Part shown: one piece after another, positions 11,101 through 20,500 of the stretch
How positions within the stretch are numbered: position 1 is the stretch's first letter
Layout: the number at the start of each line of letters is the position of its first letter
Source of the DNA: a virus
Lineage: Duplodnaviria; Caudoviricetes
Length of the DNA stretch: 64,000 nucleotides
IMG/VR virus record: IMGVR_UViG_3300021255_004427
Span: 64,001 to 128,000 of that record
Reading direction: 5' to 3' (one strand)
Position numbers and translations under genes: made by a program
The notes under the pieces: model-generated
Seen by the model: the letters and a program-made list of their open reading frames with translations, nothing else
Told to the model about the DNA's origin: nothing
Database searches by the model: none

Positions 11101-14100
11101 AGGCTGAAAGAGTTGCCGGCGGTGACAAAAACGAAGTTCTTGGCTATCAAAAAGTATCAGGACTATCCGTAGCCGCAGATGCTGATGAGGTAGGCCTCAA
11201 TAACGGCAGCAACAGCAAAGGCGTAAAGATGACACGCCGTCTTGCCCAGAACCTTAACCAGGAGGTCATGGATGAGAAAGGGCTCGATTCGGTTCGCCTG
11301 GCTTATGAAAAGATGTTGCAGAATGCCTCAGGGGAAGAACAGCAGCAGGAGATTCTTGACCGCTTTAACAGGCGCTATAAAGACTTTGGCGTATCCGCAA
11401 AATGGAATGCGGAAGATGGCAAGCTAACGGCCACTTACAGCGAGCCGGGAAAACTACATCGCATAAATGCAGACATAATCAAGAACATGGAAGAGGAAAT
11501 AATCCGTGGTCAGGGATTTGGAGCTATATGGGGTGATGGTGTTAGTACTGGCGGGGTTCGCGGTGTTATCATAGACGGGCATGTTCACGCAGATGATATG
11601 CGCGAACTTAAACAACGTGGCATCAGTGAGAAGTCCATCAATACAATGATTAAAGCTTATGAAGAAGCCCACGGAGCTAAAATCATTGGCATGAATAACT
11701 TCCTTAACCAGTATTCTTATCAGTCTAGTGCCGCGGCCAATGAATTCAACGCCCAGATGGGAAAAGCCGAAACAGAAGCTGAACGCGCTGAATTAATCGA
11801 GCGGTTTACCAAAAACAATCCTGATTTTAATGTAAGAGGAATCTGGGAACTAAACACAGATAAGCAGTTCTTCCAAAATGACCCCCTAAACCCAAATAAT
11901 CGTAATATGATTATTGATATGGGCGAAGGCGCAGTTCAGCGCTACGTTGCTGTGCCAATGGAAAACCTTTCCATGATGGATGCAGCAAATGGAGAAGGAG
12001 TAATATCTGGTTCGGCTGTCCGCGACAATATTAGCAGCCTCCACCACTATTTCGAAGAGCAAAGATATCGCGGCGCTACAGTAAGCGAGTTTTATAAGAA
12101 CAAGTACAATGAAGGAATTAGCGATCTTCTAAAATCAATAGTAAATCTCTCGGTTCACAAAGAAGGCGCTGCAGCTCAGGTAACAAGCGATTATATTACG
12201 GGGTCTGGCACATTCAAGTCTGATATTATCCGTATGACCGCAGACAATAATTTTGAGACCATTGTTCGTAATGAAGCGGGCGAAGTTATAAACGGCAAAA
12301 AGAAAGCCTTTGGTTTGATGAATACAGCCAAAGTAGATGGGATAAGTCTTGCTGATCATATCAGGGCCGGGCACAATATTAACGCTACATTCCTTGGTGA
12401 AGACTTCTTTGTAAATGCCTTGCAGGATGACAGTTTGTCTGGAATTTTGGGGCAACTTGGTATAAAAGATAATAAAAAAATAGTCAATGACTTCCTCGAT
12501 AATATAAACGATGGCGGCGGATTAGGCTTGCAGATGAGACAGCCTGCCGAGTATAATACGTCAGTCGGTGGTTCGTATTTATTTCTTGACAGAAGCCTTT
12601 CTCGTAACCAGGCAAGAATAACGCAAAGTACGCTTGCCGGCCAGAACGGCGATAAGGATGGTGACTTGGTTTATGCACTGCTTGCCCGTGCAGATGCACA
12701 AATTAAAGTTACCGGTGTAAACGAGGACGGAGAAGAAGTTGTATTAAAATCCTTCAATGCTCGCATTAACAACCTGCAGAAAAACCTGATAGAAAATAAT
12801 CTGGATGTCGGGAATCTTGGCATTAAAGACCTGGAGAATTTCTCGGACGTAAAGATAAGTGTGGGTTTTTCCGGGAAAAACCCGTTTGAGGCATACGCAC
12901 GTTCAGCGGAAGTGATTGGTACGTCTTCACTCACAGGTATAAAAAGGGATGTACTAACGCTTAAAGACCTAGACAAAGCTATCAAGATCCGTAACGAAAA
13001 AGCAGAGACAATGGTCGCCGGCAGGGTTTGGAATTCAAATCAGTTAAGCGTGAGCGACCGCAATAAATTCAATGAAGCTTTTGAGCAGGAAATTCAGGGC
13101 AGCAAGGAATTTAACCAAGCTATTGAGGAGTACAACAAAGAGAATGGTAAATCAATAACTGCCGAAACCCTGACGGCAGATAGTTTAGCTACAAATTCTG
13201 ACGGACAGGGCATTGCAGACAGATACTTGAAAATTCGATACGGTAAAGACACTACGTCGGATGAGTATAATGCAGAGGCCGAAATTCTGGCCAACAGGGT
13301 AAATAAGCTGAATATGGATGATGAAATTGCAGCACATATGGGCAAAGAAAGAGCTGGTATTTTTAATATGAATACCTACCGCATGACCCAGGTTGCACAT
13401 ATTATCCGCGATCACGGTTTAGACAATGGCTTAACCGATGCTGACTTAAATATAATCAACCAGTTCATGGTCCATGTCAAGGAAGCTGGTCAGGTTCCTA
13501 AAAACGCGACAGCGACAGCTTCTAGTCTGGAAGGGCTCGACACGGCGCTGAAAGACTTCTGGGGTATTGGCACGGGCCGGGATGGAGTAGTCTATCAAAA
13601 ACAGGCAGACCCGACAAAGTTAAACGAACTCATTGATGAAGTTTACGCTGGAGGCATTAAGGAGTTTAAAAAACTTCCGGAACGGATGAAGGATCCGGAA
13701 ACCGGCACTGTGAGTGCTGACAGGATTAAGGAAGCTTTCAGCCATCTTATGTCTGAGGGCAATTCCCTTAATGGTGAGCTTTACAAAGCTTTGCGTGTCG
13801 GCTATGCGATGGATATGTCGTACACCAATATTGGTACGCCAGATGAAGGCGATATGCTCTACCGTGCTAATCAGATTAAAGATAAGTGGGTAGAAGACAT
13901 TGGGTTTGAAGATGCCAAGACGCAGCACGTCGATATTATGACAACTCCGTCAAGGATCGCGGGAACCTCTGAATTTAGCGACACACCGTATACCCCGGAC
14001 GAAATGATTGGAGATCTTCCGGAAGGCGAGCTGACAATGGGAGATCAGGTGCGAGGCCTGTTAAGTTCGATAAAAAAGAACTTCAAGGGGCATGGTGCGA

Positions 14101-14456
14101 TGGCCATGCTCGGTTTTGCCGGAGCCACAATGGCAATCGGTATGGCGGGTGGAGCACCTACCGCACCAACACCGACTCAAGGGCAGGCGCAGGGGATACA
14201 GCAAGAAAATGCGATTTATGAAATCCCCAGCACGATGAGTATGCAGGGGGTTCAGAGCGGGGCTAACCAGTCATACATTATCAACGTAAATGCATCCACA
14301 GATAAGGGGCGCGACTTTGCAACAAATGTAATTAATCAAGCGTTTGCCAATATGCCGCAAGGTGCCGGCGGCAACACCATGACTATGAATATCAAAGACT
14401 CGTCTAGTAATATCGGCTACAGTGATATTGCTTCATATGTCTCAGACATGTTATAG
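5148..14456 (+). CDS. Putative single-chain two-barrel (virion) RNA polymerase with an N-terminal DEDDh exonuclease domain
   Basis: beta'-like MRQP (12534-12545) and NGDKDGD (12645-12665). beta-like LNENGSIANPRL, YVQRGDII and QKLIDNKEKAV. N-terminal YDLEG / GLNVFGYD / HAAFSD exonuclease motifs. RBS AGGAG upstream. Confidence 0.72.
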   Translation: MANNIYSNRATSRLANRERQNRAAEDRLIKRSSQQYSEELRQYNEDKKASKSVTDNSLVKPVFQHPIDLEIELEILNNQALIPSMSRIANFDWAGANAVYGALPKRFNERGEVSTEVANIYEQKFLPVVGELLNSVQSPTQLSTVQSGDELLKRTIIQDAQLNYAFNHNALVKTNMQKQKKVVEHIQKTGKFIEYDLEGIGNDITEFSFIEFDTKAKTGTPVKKWMTGLTGVNPETAKELQSLIDDYRQFGFKHGDQKNGVSEADRYKLETIAKRGHKKTVVENKDGINILKSYAVNEDVLIPQVEDLERGLQGLIDDYNVIHSAKPKTYSFDGRQYQLYRDDYMMLRMLYDAKKRNIALSGLNVFGYDNAQINRKFNQATGDAYLLWKQITGTGDMNDAFLIMDKTMIHREKNDPAKILANVNGALEDIVANPGNTLNTSRGQQARYGNTIDPATGKIINGPDRYQQMMHELFNGVIYAQHAAFSDTAIQGFTTIDMLKDSSFTATVKDENGKNVANPDYIFSNSKMEPERLAKAGDIFYVQKGVMGNTAAGGMSFVVDGLSGDIRFDGVRFDAQGKLLTKENLVAPALKSNTYAMLAGVKEISVDSAIGREYGKIKGTAGAENLVALMFYQYGEAYKGDAEGRLKDLNVWVGTKTEAEEFLGSNPYVGSVVPQSAPKTLEDWRTISSTNGHIDTTGVSPSVNEKFGKRHEDGSIADLSEAVEESNITKQRDSASNWLRSLNYNKAKNALKYIKALNEEKENRKAGGSISEFAVQRLKEVAGDRKALEKAYGMLKPYEDAEEVLTQTIANATYSAGYLDKVKDILEESLELTDKLAGANAKKEVKDQYFVQIYEHALSVLAEETEGEKAKAQAGKQAAGGHPKVDNELRTYTPAQAYGQTAEGQLRTGKQARSILLDISSIMPENRSHNAGLNSQTGTFFEIDPNETEPHWGARLSKLLGTENRAVAVRKLGALISKQYGEIKGVKRLSRDLENMPAEPSAMMLRVNQTLDMIQRFRPEILRNPETKYLDTVNGPASVDTLNGLSEEKQKAIKEKMYDVSGIEKVYSGKEKIENLVEKITESIFEPTSLFNLKDNKVTKAAQDELVKHGYSPWEAEEIIRDRDKRMGATKRYLRNALTPILSAGNQVTHRFDLSRKRLELIDDSNGNVFDISYLLPIERYDSKTGRFYTQLGNSQIATLKTLGRSMNDETGALGDFGLRTQIDIAADHLARYARYANNTGRTASENISTLQWVMKKAVELIRPDSVTRYDHQDKRFGLMLDFMPLVKEFGYFKQTGAFTDLSLSEGTTKALNAMAKRLAKENENVEAGKKSMAVNDVKPDELEAIYKDFDTIFGALAEDSKFSQAVFGNLPQSKKEYAQSRLAHINRHAVKDPSRALASFTNTGYDATAFAGKDNRSVTVVTARARTMDVDSFLREDKSRKELVRGGRILLTEAEEADMTHGRYGTIRTRALNIDTSVYESVIAARLEDEASGKVQKVLSSLKDSDEVVRFLNENGSIANPRLLHLFPKNINQKHLTDGLIDIDELQGTATIEAIENEKKVRRATEEVVELVREADKVAFKYAADGRGWEYVQRGDIIAWDKSYAGTPSKVRAEREGYLYKRYFMGGREVDEAEINDVLNKHFDKFKEYGRGASSKTNAEIRQIAAEILSGEGYTLRYIVKSGDALGYQKLIDNKEKAVNDFLLAGLGEADEDIKKLLVPKEGGVAKKVLRPSPEALKDIEHFNAYLEANGYRAIDKKSIADWGEFKKKVIAEQSVKFDAVTQSLQDAGFVDKDTIKNGVNRLGIVSTAMLEQMKGSHRENDRIESRIADAIDAHARAIEADEKAKAKAKGIEYAGSFEAAYQKASEEILGQLQQKAVFKDRDGNNLLAGMDLSAERGHDGIVLSNDLYTVDINKLDKIVGQYVKENRVTADGVSESVRKAIASSIEYNAGVEMDKKESAFREGRLSQEAYDKAKGDFQDQIKKAERVAGGDKNEVLGYQKVSGLSVAADADEVGLNNGSNSKGVKMTRRLAQNLNQEVMDEKGLDSVRLAYEKMLQNASGEEQQQEILDRFNRRYKDFGVSAKWNAEDGKLTATYSEPGKLHRINADIIKNMEEEIIRGQGFGAIWGDGVSTGGVRGVIIDGHVHADDMRELKQRGISEKSINTMIKAYEEAHGAKIIGMNNFLNQYSYQSSAAANEFNAQMGKAETEAERAELIERFTKNNPDFNVRGIWELNTDKQFFQNDPLNPNNRNMIIDMGEGAVQRYVAVPMENLSMMDAANGEGVISGSAVRDNISSLHHYFEEQRYRGATVSEFYKNKYNEGISDLLKSIVNLSVHKEGAAAQVTSDYITGSGTFKSDIIRMTADNNFETIVRNEAGEVINGKKKAFGLMNTAKVDGISLADHIRAGHNINATFLGEDFFVNALQDDSLSGILGQLGIKDNKKIVNDFLDNINDGGGLGLQMRQPAEYNTSVGGSYLFLDRSLSRNQARITQSTLAGQNGDKDGDLVYALLARADAQIKVTGVNEDGEEVVLKSFNARINNLQKNLIENNLDVGNLGIKDLENFSDVKISVGFSGKNPFEAYARSAEVIGTSSLTGIKRDVLTLKDLDKAIKIRNEKAETMVAGRVWNSNQLSVSDRNKFNEAFEQEIQGSKEFNQAIEEYNKENGKSITAETLTADSLATNSDGQGIADRYLKIRYGKDTTSDEYNAEAEILANRVNKLNMDDEIAAHMGKERAGIFNMNTYRMTQVAHIIRDHGLDNGLTDADLNIINQFMVHVKEAGQVPKNATATASSLEGLDTALKDFWGIGTGRDGVVYQKQADPTKLNELIDEVYAGGIKEFKKLPERMKDPETGTVSADRIKEAFSHLMSEGNSLNGELYKALRVGYAMDMSYTNIGTPDEGDMLYRANQIKDKWVEDIGFEDAKTQHVDIMTTPSRIAGTSEFSDTPYTPDEMIGDLPEGELTMGDQVRGLLSSIKKNFKGHGAMAMLGFAGATMAIGMAGGAPTAPTPTQGQAQGIQQENAIYEIPSTMSMQGVQSGANQSYIINVNASTDKGRDFATNVINQAFANMPQGAGGNTMTMNIKDSSSNIGYSDIASYVSDML

Positions 14457-14465
14457 ACTTTACAA

Positions 14466-14499
14466 AAGACCAGGGCAATAGTTTCTGGTCTTCTTTTTT
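14466..14499 (+). terminator. Intrinsic terminator-like hairpin
   Basis: AAGACCAG-GGCAATAGTTT-CTGGTCTT followed by CTTTTTT, after the RNAP-like gene. Confidence 0.65.
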
Positions 14500-14522
14500 A
14501 TAGAAAACTCGGAGGAAATAAA

Positions 14523-17500
14523 GTGGTAACTGATTTTATAAACCCCGCAATCGGCTTGCCGGATATGGGGGATTTTTACTACGATGCACCTGATCAGGAA
14601 TCGTATTTTGGCGAAATGGATAAAAACCTCAACTCTGTTAGGCGTGACAGAGCCAATTCTGCGGAAGCGTACAGATTCTATCAGGAAGACCCTCCGCAGC
14701 CCGGCGCCGATGAACAGGGAAAAGTCTATGTTTTTGACGTAGAACTTGGCGCAAAAGGTATCGGCGATGACAGTGAAGAAGTGGCTGGCATTAAAGTAGA
14801 CGACGGCGACACGCTTGCAATCCCCGTCGGAAGTATTCATCCAGCCGACGAGAAAAGTGAAAAATACCTGAGCTATATAAAGGGGTATACCAGCACTCAT
14901 AATAGCAGTGGAGAGGCCACGGCTGTAAATGTTCGTTTTGCGGGACTCGATACAAAGGAATTGCCCCATTATCGCAAGATTGGCATGGACGAGCTCAACC
15001 AAAAAGAGCTGTCTCAGGTAGACCTCGGCACAGCCCTTGGGAATAAAAATTATATGGTGTCCAAGTACAAAAGCTGGATGCAGACTCGCAAAACATTGGA
15101 CAAAGCTTACGACGGCTACAAAACCAAAGGCACGTTCTTTGACTATGCGCAGCCCAGTGATAGTGTTGTAAATGTGGTAAAACTGGACGACGATAAATAC
15201 CATCAGTATTTTTCTGATGGTACAAACGGCTATGTCCTTGTAGCAAATGCAACAAATGATTACAGTCCGGAAACCATTGCTGATGCAGGCATTGGTCGTG
15301 ATGTTGTAGTAAATGCGCTAAACGATGCAGAAGCTATGCGTATTGTGGTGGATGGTACGCAGATTACCCGTGATGGCGGCAACATCAAAACAATGTTTAA
15401 CACAGAACTGTACGGATCGGGATTCGAAAATGAAGCAAGACGCCAATTAGATATGCTTTTTGACTCCTATACAAAACACCAGCGCCCCGGTTTTAATACA
15501 TGGGGGCAGGATGCGTATGGCCGCTGTATTAGCGCTGTCTATGTCAAAATTAAGGGCCAGTGGATTAACCTTAACAAACTGGTTATTGCCGATACAAACA
15601 TGACGGAGATTAACAAGTATAATGATGGCGATCAGGCTTCCACAGCAATTAATCTGGATAGCTACGAATATGACAAGAAAGCCTATGCCGATAGTTTGTA
15701 CGCCGACACGAGCAAGTTTGACGATCGTGAACAGGTGCAGAAACAGATTTTTGGACAAACCTGGAAAGCCCTGAAAGATTGGACGGTTACAATTGGTGAT
15801 GTGACGCTTTTTGTACCGCCGACCAGTATTCGCACACTTACACAGACTAAGGCTGAAAGAATGCCGCTTATCCGTGCAAAAGGGTCTATGGCAAAAAGCT
15901 CGACAAAGAACCAGCGAATCATTGAGATGGACTTGTATTTCAATGAAGACCGCGGCATTAACGGCTATGAATATAAAACCAATACCCGTCCGGATAATAA
16001 AGGTAAGAATGTCACATACTGGATGAATGGGCTGCGCGCGCTGTATGCTCAGTTTCGTGTAGCACCATTTTTGCCAATAGAAAGCTATTACATCAATACT
16101 GTGTTAGGTGTAGATGCAGTTTCGCTTGTGAGTTTCTCCTGCGAGACGGTTCCTAATTTTCCTAAGCTGATAAAAGCCACAATCCAGTTGTCTGAGTTTG
16201 AGTATCGCATTTATATGCCGGAAATCCCCTTTGATGACGGCAGCGATGATGATACGGAGGTTCGTAATTACTTTAGTAAGCAGATAAACTATCCGCTGTT
16301 CCGCTACTATTACCAACGACTGCTGCGGAACGGCGAAGAGTTGAGAGGGGTTAAATTCCTCGACAAAAAGTACATCACCAGCACCTTTGGCAACAAAACA
16401 TGCCTTGTCCCAGCTAACTTCGTAGATCCGTACATTCGATTCTATGTGCCGAACAAAAATCAGTTGGAAAGATTAAAGAAGGCAAAGCTTGAACGCATGG
16501 CTCGCCCCAACACAGTTCGTGACATAACGAAGACTGAGCTTAACTTTGCCGATGAGATGGCAAAAGTAAAAAATGAGATAGATTATATTAATACCTCACA
16601 GTCGCCACTCGATAAGGTCAATGATTATTTAAAGGCGCCGGAGCTCGATGGCTATGTTCTTGCTGGCGTTAACAACCGGATGGTGATTGGTAAAGCTGGC
16701 GCGGCCGGCACTTTTGTACCGGATGAAGAGAAGACAAGAGAATTAGAAAGCCTGCTTAGTGAGGCAACAACCTACTATGAAGTGGGACTTACTTCTTTAA
16801 AAAGAGAAGATGGCCAGCCTCTTTGCCAAAAACAAGGGGCAACAACATTCGGTCCGTCTAATTCTGACGGTTCTATTTACGGCGCCTACTTTTCAATCAA
16901 TGTTGAATATCCGGATATATCCGAAGACTCTCTTAACAACTTGAGGACATTATCTTCGATTTCAGGCGTTGCCTCTGCGGACGAAACCTTTGTTAACAGA
17001 AACCTTCGTCTTAGAATGTCTGTAGACTTTGGGGAGAGTAATCTGACGTATGCGTCAAATTTGTTAAAAGGCGCCGCGCTCGGTAAGGGCGAATCCTTAT
17101 TCTACTTTGATGTTAATGCAGACTCGAGCTTCTTAAATTTCCTTGCCGAAGTAAACAATAAACAGGGGGTAGGTGGTAACGAAGACGCTAACGGCGCAAA
17201 AGCGTTAGTTGATTTTGTAAGTTCTGCTACATTAGAATTTGAGCCGTATAATGATGATGAAGACTTCTTGGTAGAAGCTATTCATATCAACACCAGCAAC
17301 ACATTTGCTCAGGTAACTCTGCAGGAAACGTCAGGGTATGCTCCTCAGTATATGGGAGGAACAGATGTATCTCTTCAGATTAGTATGTATACGCAGAGTA
17401 AAAAGGCAGCCTCTGCAATTAATGCGTTGCCGCATGTATCGGCGGAATTTGCCCGCAATTATCGATTGGTTCTGGCAGCGTGGCCATTAAAAATCGAAAC

Positions 17501-20500
17501 GGAGTTTACTAAGCTGTTTGGCATCACCGATGTAATGGTGGAAGCTTGTGAAGTGGATACGGTTCCGAATTATCCTGGGCTTTATCATATTACAATGAGC
17601 CTGGTATCCGTAGACAGGTCCCTGCGTAATAGAGAATCTCTACAACAGAAAGATATGAAAAACTTCCACAACCTGTCTGTGCAGGGTGTCGCTCGTGAAC
17701 GCAGATGGTCCTACGCGCAGATGACAGAATATCTTTCTGAGGCAGAATTGTATCCGGATCTTGAATTACCAACTCTTAAGGAGCTGGCAGAGAATGGTTT
17801 TAATTTTATCCGCTACTCAAATACAAAGCGTGTTTATCCTGATCCGGATTTCTACTTCACGTACAGCTATGTCTTGATGAGCCAGCTTATTCGAGAAGCT
17901 GTGCTTAATTCGCTTAACTCCGATGCGTGCCAGACGGTAATTAAAGATACGACGGGCAAGGAAATCAGCGGCAGTCTTGCAAACCGCATGGGCTCCTGGA
18001 ATCGAAATTATGAATTATCCAGAGGGTGGGATAAGGACCTTAGTTCCGTATTCCAGAATGACGACCTTATTACCGCCCGCATTATTTCTGATTACGAGAA
18101 TGTTGCTGATGACGAACGCGATGAAACATGGACAATAGCACCAAATGTGAAGGTGGCCATGATGGAAAAGCGTATGCTTAACCGTATTAACGATTCTTCC
18201 AAGCAAAGCTATCAGGAAAAGAACGGAGCAAATATTCATTCGTCTACGACATATGATAATGCGGATGGAATAAAGAAACCAGTGACTGGTCAAACAACCG
18301 AAACCGATAAAGACGGCAATGTGACCGAGTTAAAGGATGCGCCGGACAATACCGGTAATACTGGATTGTCAAATGAAGACAATAAGGGAAATCTCGAAAG
18401 GTTAAAGCAGCAGCAACAGGATATCAAAGATGAAAAAGCTACAGGTAAATATTCCTCTGCCATGTATAAAAAGAACGAGGAAATTTCCAATCGTATAAAC
18501 GGTGTTATTAAACATTATCAAAACACGTCGATTGACGAAATGGGCGGCAGTATTGGAGATGCCGTACAGCAACTGGTTGCTGCGTTCAATACTTGCCCCA
18601 AATACAATAACTCGCACATAGAAGGCGTTCCAGGACAAGGCAGGAGCGAAATACCAAACGGGTTGTTTGGTAAAATCCCCGCATTCTTGGATGCGGCTGC
18701 TGATGCCATTTGCAGCAATAACGGTGTTGACTACAGTGAAGAGACGGCAGACCATTTAAACGCCGCCGCTACGGCATTTGGAGGTACAGTTGCAACATCA
18801 ATGGGTGTCGGTGCAGCGATAGGTTCGGTTGCAACACCAGTGGGAACAGTAGCAGGTGTAGCAGCTGGTGCTGCAGTGGGAACAGTAGCTGGTACAGTAG
18901 CAGCTGTCGCATCAGTAGCGACAGGAGCGCACTCTAAAAATGAAAAAGCTCCGTGGAGACACAGCACTAAGTATCGCGGGCGGCTTAAAATCGATGGCGT
19001 AGAACAAGTGTGGGCTTTCGATGACAAGGATCCGAAAAAGGATTACAAAATCGAAATGATTGCAAAGAACGCTACCGAGTTTGGGTATTTTAACTTCAAG
19101 TTCTATACACCGGAAGAATTAGAAGATCGGTTTGGTTACTATGGCCATATCGAACGGGACAACACGGTAGAAAATAGCGAAACTGTTGTAGAGGCTCATC
19201 CTCGTGTTGGAAAGTACTTGGCTGACCCGTATTATCGGTATGCAAACGCAGAAGTGCAAGAAGCGTATGTTAAGAAGTGCCTAACTGATTATGATTTTGC
19301 CAAAAAAGCATTCCTTAGAATCTGTATGCTGTATATGCAGGTGTTGGTAAGCTACAGCATTTTCCCGTCGTTCTCTTATGACGTAATGCGGGATGCTTTT
19401 ACCAATGAAGAAAATATGCGAAAAGTTTTGGCTGGCGTTGAAGAACTGCGAGCAAAGAAAGCTGCAGAGGAAAGAACTAAATCCGAAACGCAAAAACAGT
19501 ACGGCACGTCCAAGAAGTATTCTCAGAAAAAACAGCCAGGAGAAGTGAAAAAGGATGCTGCCAGCGTAGTATCATATGTTGGTGATGCCATCCCTGAGGG
19601 AGAAAAAGGCAAAGAAGCAGAAGGTAAGGATACAGAAGCCAAAGAAGGGAACGCACAAGAGAATAACGGCGATAAAAAATCGAGTACAGACAAGGCTGCT
19701 ACCGAGCAAGCCACGACAGATTCTGCCAATGCTAAAAAGACGGCAGCGCTTAATAAGTCGTTATCGGATTATGCCAAGAAGATTAACGAGAACAAAGAAG
19801 CTATGGACAATGGCAAACTGTTCCTCATGTGCGCCATGGGTGTTGTCGATGGAGATAAGAATTTCCTCAAACTTCTTCTTAACAGAGAATACGATTCCTT
19901 GAATGCAATCGCAATGGCAGCATGTAGCGGAAAAACGTCTCCAAATAAGAAGGATGCTACGTACGAAACGCGCCTTCGGAGCTTTATTCGGGCATTGGCC
20001 GGTGAAAATGTTATTGACAACTCGTTGATTGGTTCTGGTGAAACTGAGGCACCGGCAGCCGTTTTAGGGGAGAATAACTCCCGTTATAACTGCTCGGCTG
20101 CTGCTGAAGACCCGACCATGTATATGGTGCACAGCTTCTATGATATGGTCGTCCATGATTGCCGTGGGAGAATGCTTCGAGCCTTCCCAACATTCTATAT
20201 GTTTTTCATTGATGAAGGACGCAAGATTGGTAAGTTCAGGCTTCATGACAACTTCTACAACATAAATGCAATCTCCAGTATAACGATTTCAAAGTCACGC
20301 AAAAACCCTACTGACGTAGCGGAAGTCGTAATGACCAACTTCTTTAATACATTTACAACAGAAGATGAAGATTTGAATATGAACTATTCGACGAATTTTA
20401 CGGATGTATTTAAATCTTTGTGGCTGCCTACCTTGCAGTCCTATGCTGTAGATGAAGAAGAGCGCCGCACAAACGCCCCTAAGGCTGAACGATTCAGGTT

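Noticed and set aside
5148-14456. Tape measure protein call for the 3102-aa ORF
   Set aside because: No periodic tape-measure repeats; ordered RNAP and exonuclease motifs explain it better
14460-15203. 247-aa minus-strand ORF, and the many other short minus-strand ORFs
   Set aside because: They overlap long, motif-bearing plus-strand genes and look like codon-bias shadows
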